Of a stretch of 41,468 bases of DNA, positions 1-10,887 are shown piece after piece. Location: assembly GCA_021204605.1 (NCBI GenBank), contig JAJPZD010000183.1:1118-42585 (forward strand). The letters are read 5' to 3'. A program made the position numbers and the translations under genes. Under the pieces are notes generated by a model. The model saw only the letters and a list, made by a program, of their open reading frames with translations, was not told the origin of the DNA and ran no database searches. Within the stretch, counting starts at the first letter, position 1. Each line of letters starts with the position of its first letter. The DNA is from Prevotella sp. Lineage in GTDB: Bacteria; Bacteroidota; Bacteroidia; Bacteroidales; Bacteroidaceae.

Positions 1-89
1 GTATTTTCTAACTTTAAATTAAGAAAATTATATTTTTTTCAAAGAAAAAGTTCACTTCACCCACAAAATAAAAGTTAGCAATTAAAAGT

Positions 90-3000
90 TTACTTTAATC
101 TTTCGAGCCAGAAGGCCTCGTCTTTCCCATCGTCAACCTTGATGTTGTATTTGTCCTTGATGCCGATGCTTTTCTTGGCGGTGGAGACCTCACCGCTGTC
201 GATGTCCACGGTATGTATGCGGTAAGTGCCGGGTTGTATTTCAAGGCCATGAATGGGCACGCCGTGTGAATAGACGAGGTAACCCACATCGGGATCGCCG
301 ATGACCAAAATGTCGGAGCCGCCCTCCCCGCTGACATGATTCATCCTCACGATGTCGGAGAGCAGTTTCTCGTCGTTGATCTTCACATTAGGGCAGGAGC
401 CGCCTGCCATGAGGACAGCCCAGCCAAAGGGCTCATAGTTTTCAGAGTAGTAGGTAACCGCCTTGCCAGGGTACCGGGAGCGGTATTCGTTGACGGAGTT
501 GTATATTTCGGCAAAGCCGACATCGCCGATGAGGATTTTGCGTTTCAGTTGTCGTAGCGCCATATTGGTGCCTGCTGCTGGGGCGAAAATGCTGTCGGTG
601 TTGTAATGCCAATAACGGATGTCGATAATGTCCACCACTTTAGATAATAAGGTATCAGCAAGTATGGCATCCTGAGCATCTTTAGTGCAACTGAGTGCTA
701 TCATGGGGTGGAGGCCAGTCTGTTGCTCCCATTCAGCCACTGTCTCAAGCCAGAAGCGGACGAAATGCAGAGGCCCGGTGTATTCCTCGCTGGTAAGCTG
801 GATAACGTTGTCGTTATCCCTGAAATTATCGAGGCACTGTCGGATATACTGTTTATGTAGCGGCACGAGGACACTGTCGGTAACGTCGTAAAACTGTTCC
901 GCCATGAAGATACGCTTGTCGCCTGTGAAGGGCACAGGCTCAGGGAAGTCGGTGTTGTTCACATTGTTCACGGGGCGCCAAGGGCAGTCAACCCAGTGTG
1001 CCCCCGCCTCAAGGATGTTGTGCTGGAAATAGTTTTGGTGGAACAACAGCTTGCCCTGTTCCCCGCCTTTTTGGGCATATTCTTTCAGTCGTGCCCAGTA
1101 CCACCTGTTAGGTTTTGTAAGGTCATAAAGAGAAAGGCCGTCCCAAGCCTTGCCATTGCCTGTGCGGGCGAAGGGCTGCTCATAGAAAGGAGCCCACACA
1201 TCACCGTCTGCGCGGCTGACCCTCTCATGGTCTGTGCGTCGCAGGTCATACCACAGGCCATAGTTATGGTCAAGCATACAATAGTTTTTGTTGACGAGGA
1301 AGTTCACCACTACATCTATGCGGTCGGTGAGGCCCGTGCCCTCACGCCCCGGCACGAAGCGCGTTATGGCCGGTTTGGCGCCTTTTCTTAGGAAGCTGTC
1401 CTTCACCCTGCCGTTCCACCAGGGGATATGGTATCTGTTGCCCACGATGAGTTTACCGTCGAAAGTGATATGCCCGTCAGTTACGCCGAACACATGTGGG
1501 GGCTCATCATCCACATTGTCGAAGACTCCCTCTGTGAGGTCGTTCACGCTCAACAAGCTGTCTGGGTCGGTGCTTGCGGTGTAAGGAATGGAATCTATCC
1601 ACGCCTCCATGGTAAGACGCGGCTCCTCAAGCGACAGTTGCGCCAACTCCTGTGCGACATCAAGGTCAGGTGTACTTGGCACATTTGTGTTCAAGGGGAG
1701 CAGGTAGCCCTCTATTGTATTTTCACCCATGCGTTTTTTCAACTGAGAATAGAAAAGGCTGCGCGGTGAGACATGGTCGTTGCTGGAAGACCACTTGCCG
1801 TTGCCGGTGAGCATTCCCCAGCACCCGTTGGCACTGTTCTGGTCGTCGATGTCAGGCGAGTAGCAATAGATAGCGGAGCCGGTACACTGCCACAGCATAC
1901 TGTTGGCGGTGTTCCAGCCGGTGCCAAACTGGAACTGCTCAAGGTTTCTGAAACTTATATTGTTGCCCTCTATGTTCACGATGTCGAAGAGCAGTCCTGC
2001 CGCCCACGAGCCGATGCTGCCACTGAAACCGAGAGCGCCATCTGCCTCACACTGCACGAAAGCGTTAGGACCCGCCGCACAGAAACCCGCCGCAAAGTCG
2101 TGCATTCCCTCGTGCGACACGCAGCGTTGGAACAGCGTCTGTTGTCCTCTGGTAAAGAACACGTTTCTGCGCCAGCCTCCGATTTCAGAAATGGGGTCTT
2201 TTGCGATACAGTTTTCTACGGTTATGCGGCTTGCTCCCATCTGCAGGTTTACCACGGAACCGGCAAAATGGCTGAAATTGATACGCCTTACCCAGCAGTC
2301 GCGGGCGTTCTCCATCCAGATACCATCCCAGCAGTGGTCCTCGTCCATTGCGTTAGTGGCATGATAATCGGAGGAAAGAGTGAGGTTCTCAACCCCACAT
2401 TCGGTAATCTCCGCCTCATTATGCCCGGTGATGAGAAAGCCGCCGCCCCACCTTGAGTCTAAGGTGGTGGTGATAGGAGAGTCGATAATGATACTGTCCC
2501 CTTGTATGGCTACAATGGTCCTTTCCCACGTGATATCGATGTCGCCCGGTTTCCACCCTGTATAGTCAAGTCCACCTCCATAGTCGTTGCAGCCAAGCTG
2601 GAAAATCCAGTCCTCCGTTGACGGGCGCACAAGACGTATCCTGTCGCCCTCCTGAAGTCCCTCGGTAGTCTCCAAGCCGATTATCACAGAACCGGCAGGC
2701 ACTTTCTTGTCGGTTACGGCAATGGTATCTCCGCCTGTCATTTCCCAGCTGCCCTCGATATATAGCAGCGCGCCGCGGTCAACGCCGCGTTTTACAATGA
2801 TAGTCTTGTTTCTGCTTGTGCCTCTTACGACAATGCCGGAAGCCTTTATCCTAAGCGGCTCTGCGATGTAGAAGACGCCCTCGCCGAGCAGCACTGCACC
2901 CCTGTGCCCGCAACTGTCAGCCTCGAGCGAAGCCACATAGTCGATGGCTCGCTGCAACACATCATGGCAGTCGCCATTGCGCGCGCTGACATAGATGACG

Positions 3001-3161
3001 TTATCCACGTCTGGGATGGCTATTTCTGAAGCGTGGTAGCCACAGGAGGAGTAGTCCATGGGAATATAAGGCTGTTTTTTCTCTGCCGCAAGGATGTTGA
3101 GGCAAAGGAAAGCAGAGAAGAGAAGCACCGCGAGAGAGCGGCAGGCGAGCATTATTTTCAT
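90..3161 (-). CDS. Secreted 1023-aa putative carbohydrate-active protein: N-terminal pectate-lyase-like beta-helix plus C-terminal DUF6298-like domain
   Basis: Signal peptide. Beta-helix opening motif (LQRAIDYVAS...GAVLLGEGVF..LRIKASGIVVRG). C-terminal Trp/His-rich domain (HQNYFQHNILEAGAHWVDCPWRP, SEEYTGP, DIIDIRYW). Family recalled, not searched. Confidence 0.65.
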   Translation of the reverse strand: MKIMLACRSLAVLLFSAFLCLNILAAEKKQPYIPMDYSSCGYHASEIAIPDVDNVIYVSARNGDCHDVLQRAIDYVASLEADSCGHRGAVLLGEGVFYIAEPLRIKASGIVVRGTSRNKTIIVKRGVDRGALLYIEGSWEMTGGDTIAVTDKKVPAGSVIIGLETTEGLQEGDRIRLVRPSTEDWIFQLGCNDYGGGLDYTGWKPGDIDITWERTIVAIQGDSIIIDSPITTTLDSRWGGGFLITGHNEAEITECGVENLTLSSDYHATNAMDEDHCWDGIWMENARDCWVRRINFSHFAGSVVNLQMGASRITVENCIAKDPISEIGGWRRNVFFTRGQQTLFQRCVSHEGMHDFAAGFCAAGPNAFVQCEADGALGFSGSIGSWAAGLLFDIVNIEGNNISFRNLEQFQFGTGWNTANSMLWQCTGSAIYCYSPDIDDQNSANGCWGMLTGNGKWSSSNDHVSPRSLFYSQLKKRMGENTIEGYLLPLNTNVPSTPDLDVAQELAQLSLEEPRLTMEAWIDSIPYTASTDPDSLLSVNDLTEGVFDNVDDEPPHVFGVTDGHITFDGKLIVGNRYHIPWWNGRVKDSFLRKGAKPAITRFVPGREGTGLTDRIDVVVNFLVNKNYCMLDHNYGLWYDLRRTDHERVSRADGDVWAPFYEQPFARTGNGKAWDGLSLYDLTKPNRWYWARLKEYAQKGGEQGKLLFHQNYFQHNILEAGAHWVDCPWRPVNNVNNTDFPEPVPFTGDKRIFMAEQFYDVTDSVLVPLHKQYIRQCLDNFRDNDNVIQLTSEEYTGPLHFVRFWLETVAEWEQQTGLHPMIALSCTKDAQDAILADTLLSKVVDIIDIRYWHYNTDSIFAPAAGTNMALRQLKRKILIGDVGFAEIYNSVNEYRSRYPGKAVTYYSENYEPFGWAVLMAGGSCPNVKINDEKLLSDIVRMNHVSGEGGSDILVIGDPDVGYLVYSHGVPIHGLEIQPGTYRIHTVDIDSGEVSTAKKSIGIKDKYNIKVDDGKDEAFWLERLK

Positions 3162-3244
3162 AGAATTGAGTAACTTATATCGTCAAGGAATGACATTCTT
3201 TGAATAAACAACGCCGATTTCTTTCGATTATGCATATTTAAATG

Positions 3245-3252
3245 CAAAATTA
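3245..3252 (-). promoter_or_regulatory. Bacteroidetes sigma-A -7 box (TAATTTTG) for the 1023-aa gene
   Basis: Matches TAnnTTTG about 85 nt upstream of the start codon. Confidence 0.55.
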
Positions 3253-3344
3253 TTTAATCTCTTTCAAACGAGGATTGATTATAAAGTTAAAAATTTTGAA
3301 AAAGCCACCATAGCCAACCCACAAAGGGATGGAGGAAAATATGA

Positions 3345-5741
3345 TTATTCCACGGTTATCGGGAGCGTGGCATCAGGAAGGCCATCGGCACTGACAGTCA
3401 ATGTGGCGGTGCCTTTGGTGTTACCCTCCACGATAGCCACAAGCTGTCCGTTGAACAGAGGCATGCGTGTGGAGTTGAACGTTACGAGAGATGTGGCATC
3501 CCCGTTGCAGGCGGCACGGAACGAGCCGGCGCCGGAGACATTGAATGTAAGCATGTTGTCGGCCACAGGGCAGGTGTTGCCGTCTTTGTCTTTCATCGTC
3601 ACGGTAACAAACGAGAGGTCATGGCCTTTCGAGGAGATGACGTCGCGGTCAGCCACAAGCTCGAGGTGGTCGGGCTGCCCTGCCGTATTGACTATCTGAG
3701 TGTCAGCCACATTGCCCTTCTCGTCGTAAGCCACCACTTTGAGCTCGCCCGGCTCATAAAGCACATCGTTCCAGCGCAGACGGTAGCGGTCAAGGCGCGA
3801 TGACTTGTCGAAAAACTTGCGCCCATAGCTCTTGCCGTTCACGAAGAGCTCTGCGGAGGGGTAAGACGTATAACAATACACCGGCGTCACTTCCCCTTCC
3901 CTGCCCTGCCAGTTCCAGTGTGGCAACAGGTGGAGTGTAGGCGTATCCTTGCGCCAATGACTGCGGTAGAGCCAGTAGCGGTCCTTGGGCAGTCCGGCAA
4001 GGTCGCAGATGCCGAAATAGCTGGAGCGGGATGGCCAATACTCATCGTAAGGCGTCGGCTCACCGAGATAGTCGAAGCCCGTCCAGACGAACTCGCCGAT
4101 CACCCACTTGCGGTCGTCCTGCATCTGCCAGTCGTCATCAGGGAGGTTGCTCCAGGTGCAATACTCAGTATCATAACTTGAGCACTGTCCATCGGGATAA
4201 ACCGCCCAGTCAGAAACGTTGACAGGAAACTTGTAAACGCCACGTGAGCTTACCGTAGAGGCTGTCTCGCTGCCAAGCAGGAAACCCTGCGGCAACTGTT
4301 TGATATTACTGTCATATTTATGTACACGGTAGTTGAAACCCGGTATGTCCATCACCTGGGCGAAACCCGACTTGAGAGCCTCGTCGGGGCGGTCCATGCC
4401 CTGCGTGACAGGGCGTGTAGGGTCCAACTGGTGGCAGAGGTCCTGCAAGTGGCGTGAGATCTCGCGCCCCTCCTCGCTCCACTGCTCAGGGATTTCATTG
4501 CCTATGCTCCACATCACAATACAAGGGTGGTTGCGGTGGTTGAGCACGAGGTTTGTGATATCTTTGTCTGCCCAGTCGTTGAAGAAACGCGCATAACCGT
4601 TAGCGCACTTTGGGTATATCCACATGTCGAAACTCTCCGCCATCACCATCATACCCATCGAGTCGCACACCTCCATCTGCAAGGAGGAGGGCATATTGTG
4701 CGAGGTGCGTATGGCATCACAGCCCATCTCCTTCATCATCCTCACCTGCCTGATGATAGCAGCCTTGTTGACGGCGGCCCCAAGAGGACCGAGGTCATGG
4801 TGTAGGCAGACACCTTTTATCTTGCGTGTAACGCCATTGAGCTGGAAGCCGTTTTTCGCCGAGACAGAAACGGTGCGGATACCCACATGCTGAGTAGTCT
4901 GGTCAACTATGTTTCCATCCTTGCTGACACTCGTAACAAGAGAGTAGAGGTAAGGCGATTCTGGCGACCAGAGGTTAGGATTGGAGACAGTCATGGCAGC
5001 CGTTGCACAACCGTTGTCGTCGATGTTGCTTGTAGAGGTTGCCACCTCATTGCCGTCATTATCCAAAAGCCGTGTTGTAACGGTGATGTTGTCGATACCC
5101 TCAAAGCCATGCAGTTGAGTAGCCACACTGACATTCGCCTTCTTGTTGTCAGCCGAAACAGTGCGGAACCAACTGCCCCACGTGTCAATGCTCACGGCAC
5201 CGGTAAGGATGAGTTTCACAGGGCGGAAAAGACCGCCGCCAGGATACCAGCGGCTGCTTTCCTCCACATTTTTTAGGCTCACCTCGATTACATTATCGCC
5301 TTTGTGCAGGAATGGCGTGGCATCGATGCGGAACGCATTGTAGCCGTAAGCCCAGTAGCCGGCAACACTGCCGTTGATAGAGACCGTAGGCTCGCTCATG
5401 GCACCATCGAACAGCAGCTCTGCGTTGGCAGGGGCATCATCCAACCGTATCTTAGTGGTGTAATAGCCCTTGCCTATCCAGGGCAATGCACCGGAGCGTC
5501 CTGACTTCTCCGTCTTTTCTGTCTCGCCATTCTGCTCTATGGCGACACACTGCAAGTCCCAGGCCTTGTCGAAGGGTCCGTTGATGGCCCAGTCGTGCGG
5601 CACAGAGACGTATTGCCAGCTCATGCTGTCGCGTGAGAACAGCCAGTTGTCAGAAAGAGTTATCTCCTTTCGCTGTTGTGCGGAACAAAACACCGTTGCC
5701 AAAAGGCAAATAGTGAATATTGTAAATATTTTCTGTCTCAT
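3345..5741 (-). CDS. Glycoside hydrolase family 2 beta-galactosidase (DUF4982-type)
   Basis: Signal peptide, VPHDWAI, KGVCLHHDLGPLG, IRTSHN, acid/base WSIGNE, nucleophile region GSETAS, GEFVWTGFDYLGEPTPY. Confidence 0.9.
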   Translation of the reverse strand: MRQKIFTIFTICLLATVFCSAQQRKEITLSDNWLFSRDSMSWQYVSVPHDWAINGPFDKAWDLQCVAIEQNGETEKTEKSGRSGALPWIGKGYYTTKIRLDDAPANAELLFDGAMSEPTVSINGSVAGYWAYGYNAFRIDATPFLHKGDNVIEVSLKNVEESSRWYPGGGLFRPVKLILTGAVSIDTWGSWFRTVSADNKKANVSVATQLHGFEGIDNITVTTRLLDNDGNEVATSTSNIDDNGCATAAMTVSNPNLWSPESPYLYSLVTSVSKDGNIVDQTTQHVGIRTVSVSAKNGFQLNGVTRKIKGVCLHHDLGPLGAAVNKAAIIRQVRMMKEMGCDAIRTSHNMPSSLQMEVCDSMGMMVMAESFDMWIYPKCANGYARFFNDWADKDITNLVLNHRNHPCIVMWSIGNEIPEQWSEEGREISRHLQDLCHQLDPTRPVTQGMDRPDEALKSGFAQVMDIPGFNYRVHKYDSNIKQLPQGFLLGSETASTVSSRGVYKFPVNVSDWAVYPDGQCSSYDTEYCTWSNLPDDDWQMQDDRKWVIGEFVWTGFDYLGEPTPYDEYWPSRSSYFGICDLAGLPKDRYWLYRSHWRKDTPTLHLLPHWNWQGREGEVTPVYCYTSYPSAELFVNGKSYGRKFFDKSSRLDRYRLRWNDVLYEPGELKVVAYDEKGNVADTQIVNTAGQPDHLELVADRDVISSKGHDLSFVTVTMKDKDGNTCPVADNMLTFNVSGAGSFRAACNGDATSLVTFNSTRMPLFNGQLVAIVEGNTKGTATLTVSADGLPDATLPITVE

Positions 5742-5878
5742 AGTTTTATAGATTTAATTCTTTTCATTTTCATTTGATATACATTCGTTCTTTTGAGAAC
5801 GAGCGGACATAATAAATTATATCCCACATTGGGTGACATGTCCCTACCCTTTGCTGAACATTTGCTAATGTCAACCAC

Positions 5879-7096
5879 TTACAGTCCGACGGCGGACAAG
5901 ATCCTGTCGGTGGCGCCAGCCTTGCTGTTGACATAGTTGGCGGATTTACTGCCATCCATCTTCCGGAGGCTGTCATCGGCGATGTAAGCATCCATAATGC
6001 GCTCAAAGTGCTCATAACAGTCTATCTGGTGCCCACCGCCGGAAACGAGCAGGTCGCGCGCCTCCTGGAAACGCTGGTTGTTGGGACCGAAGATCACCGG
6101 CACGCCCCACACTGCGGCTTCGAGGACGTTGTGGATGCCCACGCCGAAGCCACCGCCTATGTAAGTTACGTCTCCATATCCATAGATACTCGAAAGCAGG
6201 CCGAAACAGTCGATTATGAGACAGCGTATGTTTTTTACGTTGTGCTCTGTCGCCTCGGTATAGCGTATGGCATCACATCGCAGAAGCGAAAGTATCTGCT
6301 GTATCCTGTCGTTACCTATCAAGTGAGGTGCGATAATCATTTTCCACTCTGGATGGCTGTTGAAGTAACGGATAAATATCTCCTCGTCGGGAAGCCAGCT
6401 GCTGCCGGCGATGAACACCCTGCTGTCGTGCTTGAAAGCCTCGACGACAGGCAGTTGCATTGCTTGAGCCTTTATCTGTATCACCCTGTCGAAACGTGTG
6501 TCGCCGGTGATATCTACATTGGTGATACCCAATGTGGCGAGCAGTTGCCTGCTTGCCTCGTTTTGCACGAAGAAACGTGTGAAACAGTTGAGCACCCTCC
6601 GGTAGTCATGCCCATACCACCGGAAGAAGATCTGTTTGGGACGGAAAATGCTGCTGACACTGTAAACCGGGATATTCCTGCATTGAAGAAGCCTGAGATA
6701 ATTCCACCAGAACTCATACTTGATGAAGAAAGCCACCTCAATATTTACCATGTCGAGAAATTTCCTCGCCCAGAAACATGTGTCAAGGGGCAAGTAGCAT
6801 ATAACATCGGCACCCTCATAATTCTTTCTCACCTCATAACCAGAAGGCGAGAAGAAAGTGAGCAGTATTTTGTATTGTGGATGCTCCCTGCGCAGACGCT
6901 CCATAATAGGACGTCCCTGCTCAAACTCACCAAGGGAGGAGGCGTGAAACCAGGCGTATCGGGCATTTGGATCGGCTTTCTGCCTTAGGATTTTGAAAGC
7001 TGCTCTTTCGCCCTTCCACATCTTCCTTGCCTTTTCCTTGAAAAGGCTGACTATGAAGACCCCTGCGGTGTATAGACAAATAAAAATTTGATACAT
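5879..7096 (-). CDS. waaA: 3-deoxy-D-manno-octulosonic acid (Kdo) transferase
   Basis: WFHASSLGEFEQG, TFFSPSGYE, YLPLD, TGDTRFDRV, GGGFGVGIHNVLEAA. Confidence 0.93.
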   Translation of the reverse strand: MYQIFICLYTAGVFIVSLFKEKARKMWKGERAAFKILRQKADPNARYAWFHASSLGEFEQGRPIMERLRREHPQYKILLTFFSPSGYEVRKNYEGADVICYLPLDTCFWARKFLDMVNIEVAFFIKYEFWWNYLRLLQCRNIPVYSVSSIFRPKQIFFRWYGHDYRRVLNCFTRFFVQNEASRQLLATLGITNVDITGDTRFDRVIQIKAQAMQLPVVEAFKHDSRVFIAGSSWLPDEEIFIRYFNSHPEWKMIIAPHLIGNDRIQQILSLLRCDAIRYTEATEHNVKNIRCLIIDCFGLLSSIYGYGDVTYIGGGFGVGIHNVLEAAVWGVPVIFGPNNQRFQEARDLLVSGGGHQIDCYEHFERIMDAYIADDSLRKMDGSKSANYVNSKAGATDRILSAVGL

Positions 7097-7113
7097 CGAC
7101 GGTAATAAATTCC

Positions 7114-8637
7114 TTATGCTTTAATAGCGGTGATGGCCTTGCTGAGCCGCCTCAATGTCTCCTCTTTGCCTAAGAATGACGAGATGTCGAACATGCCGGG
7201 ACCCTTGCCGATGCCCACGAGGGCAAGGCGGAATGCGTTCATCACGTCTCCAAGCTTGTAGCCGTTTTCCTCTATCCAAGTCATAACAGCCTTCTCCTGA
7301 GCCTCTATCGAGAAGTCATCCTGACGTGCAAGGAGGTCGGCAAGCTCGCTCATGACCTGCGGCGAGTCGGTTTTCCAGCGTTTCTTCACTGTTTTCTCAT
7401 CGTATTCGGTAGGCGGGACGAAAAAGAAGGAGCACAGCGGCCACAACTCCTTGACGAAGCTGACGCGGTCTTTCATCATCGAGACCACTTTCACTATGCG
7501 CTCCATAGGCTCATCGATGCCGTTTCCCACGACGATGGGAGCGAAGAGGTTGGCTATCTCCTCGTTGCTTTTCTTAAGGATATACTCATGGTTGAACCAG
7601 ATGGCTTTCTGGAAGTCGAAACGCGCACCCGACTTGTTGCACTTGGCGATGTCAAACTGCTCCACAAGCTCATCGAGGGAGAAGATCTCCTGCTCCGTAC
7701 CTGGGTTCCAGCCCAACAAGGCAAGGAAATTGATCACCGCCTCCGGAAAATAGCCTTGCTCGCGGAAACCGGTGGAAGTCTCCCCTGTCTTAGGGTCGAT
7801 CCATTCGAGTGGAAACACAGGGAAGCCGAGACGGTCGCCGTCGCGCTTGCTGAGCTTCCCCTTGCCATCGGGTTTAAGCAGGAGAGGCAGGTGCGCGAAC
7901 TGCGGCATGGTGTCCTGCCAGCCGAGTGCTCTGTAAAGGAGCACGTGCAGAGGTGCGCTGGGCAGCCATTCCTCTCCGCGTATCACATGAGTAATCTCCA
8001 TGAGGTGGTCGTCAACGATATTGGCAAGGTGGTATGTAGGCAGCTCGTCGGCACTCTTGTAAAGCACCTTGTCGTCGATGACATCGCTTTTGACCCTGAC
8101 ATCCCCACGTATAAGGTCGTGAACAAGAACCTCCTCACCAGGCTGTATTTTGAAACGCACCACATACTGCTTGCCATCAGCGATAAGGCTTTCGGTCTCC
8201 TCTTTGGAGAGAGTCAGGGAGTTGCGCATGATGCCACGTGTCGAGGAGTCATACTGGAAGTTTTTTATCTCATTGCGCTTGGCGTCCAGCTCCTCTGGGG
8301 TATCGAATGCCACGTAAGCCTTTCCCTCGTCGAGCAGTTGGTCAACATATTTCTTATAGATATGTCTCCGCTCACTCTGCCTGTAAGGGCCATTCTTGCC
8401 TCCGATGCCCACGCCCTCGTCGAACTTGATGCCGAGCCAGCGCAAGGCATCGATGATATATTCCTCCGCACCGGGCACGAAACGGTGAGAATCTGTGTCC
8501 TCGATTCTGAAGATGAAGTCGCCATGATGCTGTCGTGCGAAGAGGTAATTATACAATGCGGTACGGACACCACCTATATGCAGAGGCCCTGTAGGACTTG
8601 GCGCAAAGCGCACTTTTACTTTTCTGTTTTCCTCCAT
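7114..8637 (-). CDS. gltX: Glutamate--tRNA ligase
   Basis: [14 protein letters not shown] (HIGH motif), [28 protein letters not shown]. Start moved to [11 protein letters not shown] (8637) because the longer ORF extension crosses the promoter and the divergent gene. Confidence 0.97.
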   Translation of the reverse strand: MEENRKVKVRFAPSPTGPLHIGGVRTALYNYLFARQHHGDFIFRIEDTDSHRFVPGAEEYIIDALRWLGIKFDEGVGIGGKNGPYRQSERRHIYKKYVDQLLDEGKAYVAFDTPEELDAKRNEIKNFQYDSSTRGIMRNSLTLSKEETESLIADGKQYVVRFKIQPGEEVLVHDLIRGDVRVKSDVIDDKVLYKSADELPTYHLANIVDDHLMEITHVIRGEEWLPSAPLHVLLYRALGWQDTMPQFAHLPLLLKPDGKGKLSKRDGDRLGFPVFPLEWIDPKTGETSTGFREQGYFPEAVINFLALLGWNPGTEQEIFSLDELVEQFDIAKCNKSGARFDFQKAIWFNHEYILKKSNEEIANLFAPIVVGNGIDEPMERIVKVVSMMKDRVSFVKELWPLCSFFFVPPTEYDEKTVKKRWKTDSPQVMSELADLLARQDDFSIEAQEKAVMTWIEENGYKLGDVMNAFRLALVGIGKGPGMFDISSFLGKEETLRRLSKAITAIKA

Positions 8638-8687
8638 AAAGCAATAATCATTCAGGCACAAATTAAAGTGCCTTGTATATTTTTGTG

Positions 8688-8695
8688 CAAATTTA
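8688..8695 (-). promoter_or_regulatory. -7 box (TAAATTTG) for gltX-waaA
   Basis: TAnnTTTG followed by CA, 50 nt upstream of the gltX ATG. Confidence 0.6.
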
Positions 8696-8764
8696 CAATC
8701 TTTTTTTTCAAAGTGGAGTATTTTTTTACTATTTTCGCAGACTGATGTAGAAACAAAAGAGAAA

Positions 8765-10828
8765 ATGAGCAGACTATACAATACTGACAAACTTTATTGG
8801 CGGAATGCGCTTACGCATACCGCGCTTATCCTGATTACCGTCTCGATAATAGTGTTCTTCCTCCCTCGTAACAGCGGCCCACAGTTCAGCTATGACGTGG
8901 GAAAACCCTGGATGTACAGCTCTCTTATTGCCCAGTTTGACTTCCCGATATACAAGACTGAGGAGGCTATAAAGGCGGAGCAGGACACGATAATAAAGAA
9001 TTTCGAGCCTTACTACAACTACAACAAGGCAGTGGAGCAAGAGCAGTTGGGGAGGTTCTTGAACGATTACAAGGAGGGCATTCCAGGCCTCTCGGACGAC
9101 TACGTGAAAATGGTAGCCGAGCATCTGCACCGGCTGTACCAGGCGGGAATAATGAATGCACCGGAATACTCGGAGTTGAGTCCCGACACCATGAAGATGA
9201 TCCGGCTTGTGAACGGTAAGAACGCCACGAGTATGCTACTTAGGAATTTCTACTCCACGCTGACGGCCTACGAGGAGCTGTTCACGGATGCGAGGCTTGC
9301 CGCTCAGCGTCAGACGTTACAGAAGTGCGACCTCAACGAGTATATACTTCCCAATCTGACGTATGACGAGGAGCGTAGCGAGACAGAGAAAGAGGACATT
9401 CTTGGCAGTGTGCCTTTGGCAAGCGGCATGGTGCTTAGCGGTCAGAAAATCATCGACAGGGGTGAGATTGTTGACGATTATCTTTTCCGTGTTCTTAACT
9501 CCTTTGAGAAAGAGACGCAGCGGCGTAGCGCCACGGTGAGCACTATACCATCGACCATAGCCGGTCAGGTGCTTTTCGTGGGCATTATGATCATTCTGTT
9601 CACGATTTTCCTGCGTCTATTCCGCAAGGACTATTTTGAGAAGCCACGCAGCATAATGATGCTCTATGCGATGATTATAATATTCCCTGTGTTTGTATCG
9701 CTGATGATGACTAACAACATTCTCAGCGTGTATGTGCTGCCATTCACGATGGCACCGATTTTCATCCGCGTGTTCTTAGATTCGCGGACGGCGTTCCTCA
9801 CCCATGTCACCATGGTGCTGATATGCGCGGCAGCAGTGAAATACCAGTATGAGTTCATCATCGTGCAGCTTGTGGCCGGCTTGGTGGCAATCTATTCATT
9901 GCGGGAGCTGTCTTCACGCTCGCAACTGTTCAAGACGGCTTTGCTTGTTACCATTGGGAGCAGTGCGATTTATTTCAGCATACAGCTGATGCAGGACAAC
10001 AGCATCACCACAATGGACCACAGCATGTACAAATACTTCATTGTGAACGGTGTTCTCCTTCTGTTCGTATATCCTCTCATGCTCATCATAGAAAAGATGT
10101 TCGGCTTCATATCCAACGTTACGCTTATCGAGCTTTCGAACACGAGTAAGGAACTGCTTCGCAACCTCAGCGAGGAGGCCCCGGGCACCTTCCAGCACTC
10201 CATCATGGTGGGTAATCTTGCCGTGGAGATAGCCACTAAAATCGGCGCGAAAGCACAGTTGGTGAGAACCGGAGCGATGTACCACGACATCGGAAAGATG
10301 AAAGACCCGGCATTTTTCACAGAGAACCAGGCCGGTGTCAACCCTCTTGACAAGATGTCGCGCATCGAGGCGGCGCAGACAGTGATAAGTCATGTTACGG
10401 AGGGACTGAAAACAGCGGAGAAATACAATCTGCCAAGTATAATAAAAGATTTCATAAAGACGCATCACGGCACGGGAAAGACGAAGTATTTCTACATATC
10501 CTACAAGAACGAGCATCCAGACGAACCGATAGACGAGTCGATGTTCTCCTATCCGGGCCCGGACCCGTCAACGCGCGAGCAGGCAATACTTATGATGGCC
10601 GATTCCGTGGAGGCGGCGTCGCGCTCCTTGCCAGAATACACAGAGGAGAGCATATCGCGTTTAGTAAACCGGATTATAGATTCTCAGGTGGATGACGGAT
10701 TTTTCGCCAACTGTCCGATAACGTTCCGCGACATCACCGTTGCGAAGCAGGTGATGACAGAAAGGCTGATGTCGATCTACCACACAAGAATAAGTTATCC
10801 GGAGCTGAAAACAAAAGCTGCGAAATAA
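8765..10828 (+). CDS. 7TM-HD (HDIG) membrane phosphohydrolase, PgpH-like, possible cyclic-dinucleotide phosphodiesterase
   Basis: N-terminal TM helix, extracytoplasmic domain, several TM helices, then [35 protein letters not shown]. Substrate is inferred. Confidence 0.88.
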   Translation: MSRLYNTDKLYWRNALTHTALILITVSIIVFFLPRNSGPQFSYDVGKPWMYSSLIAQFDFPIYKTEEAIKAEQDTIIKNFEPYYNYNKAVEQEQLGRFLNDYKEGIPGLSDDYVKMVAEHLHRLYQAGIMNAPEYSELSPDTMKMIRLVNGKNATSMLLRNFYSTLTAYEELFTDARLAAQRQTLQKCDLNEYILPNLTYDEERSETEKEDILGSVPLASGMVLSGQKIIDRGEIVDDYLFRVLNSFEKETQRRSATVSTIPSTIAGQVLFVGIMIILFTIFLRLFRKDYFEKPRSIMMLYAMIIIFPVFVSLMMTNNILSVYVLPFTMAPIFIRVFLDSRTAFLTHVTMVLICAAAVKYQYEFIIVQLVAGLVAIYSLRELSSRSQLFKTALLVTIGSSAIYFSIQLMQDNSITTMDHSMYKYFIVNGVLLLFVYPLMLIIEKMFGFISNVTLIELSNTSKELLRNLSEEAPGTFQHSIMVGNLAVEIATKIGAKAQLVRTGAMYHDIGKMKDPAFFTENQAGVNPLDKMSRIEAAQTVISHVTEGLKTAEKYNLPSIIKDFIKTHHGTGKTKYFYISYKNEHPDEPIDESMFSYPGPDPSTREQAILMMADSVEAASRSLPEYTEESISRLVNRIIDSQVDDGFFANCPITFRDITVAKQVMTERLMSIYHTRISYPELKTKAAK

Positions 10829-10862
10829 ATTGCTTAAATGGCAGATTTTCAATTTGTATATG

Positions 10863-10870
10863 TAAATTTG
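10863..10870 (+). promoter_or_regulatory. -7 box (TAAATTTG) for the calycin-hmuY-TBDR operon
   Basis: TAnnTTTG followed by CA, just upstream of the ATG at 10888/10897. Confidence 0.65.
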
Positions 10871-10887
10871 CACCGGATTTAAATAAA

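Noticed and set aside
6008-8745. 326-aa and 385-aa ORFs antisense to waaA and gltX
   Set aside because: Same antisense shadow effect; they overlap well-supported essential genes.
8638-8790. 51-aa N-terminal extension of GltX in the ORF track
   Set aside because: It spans the gltX promoter and overlaps the divergent gene. Similar false extensions were trimmed for aroK, pfkB and fprA.
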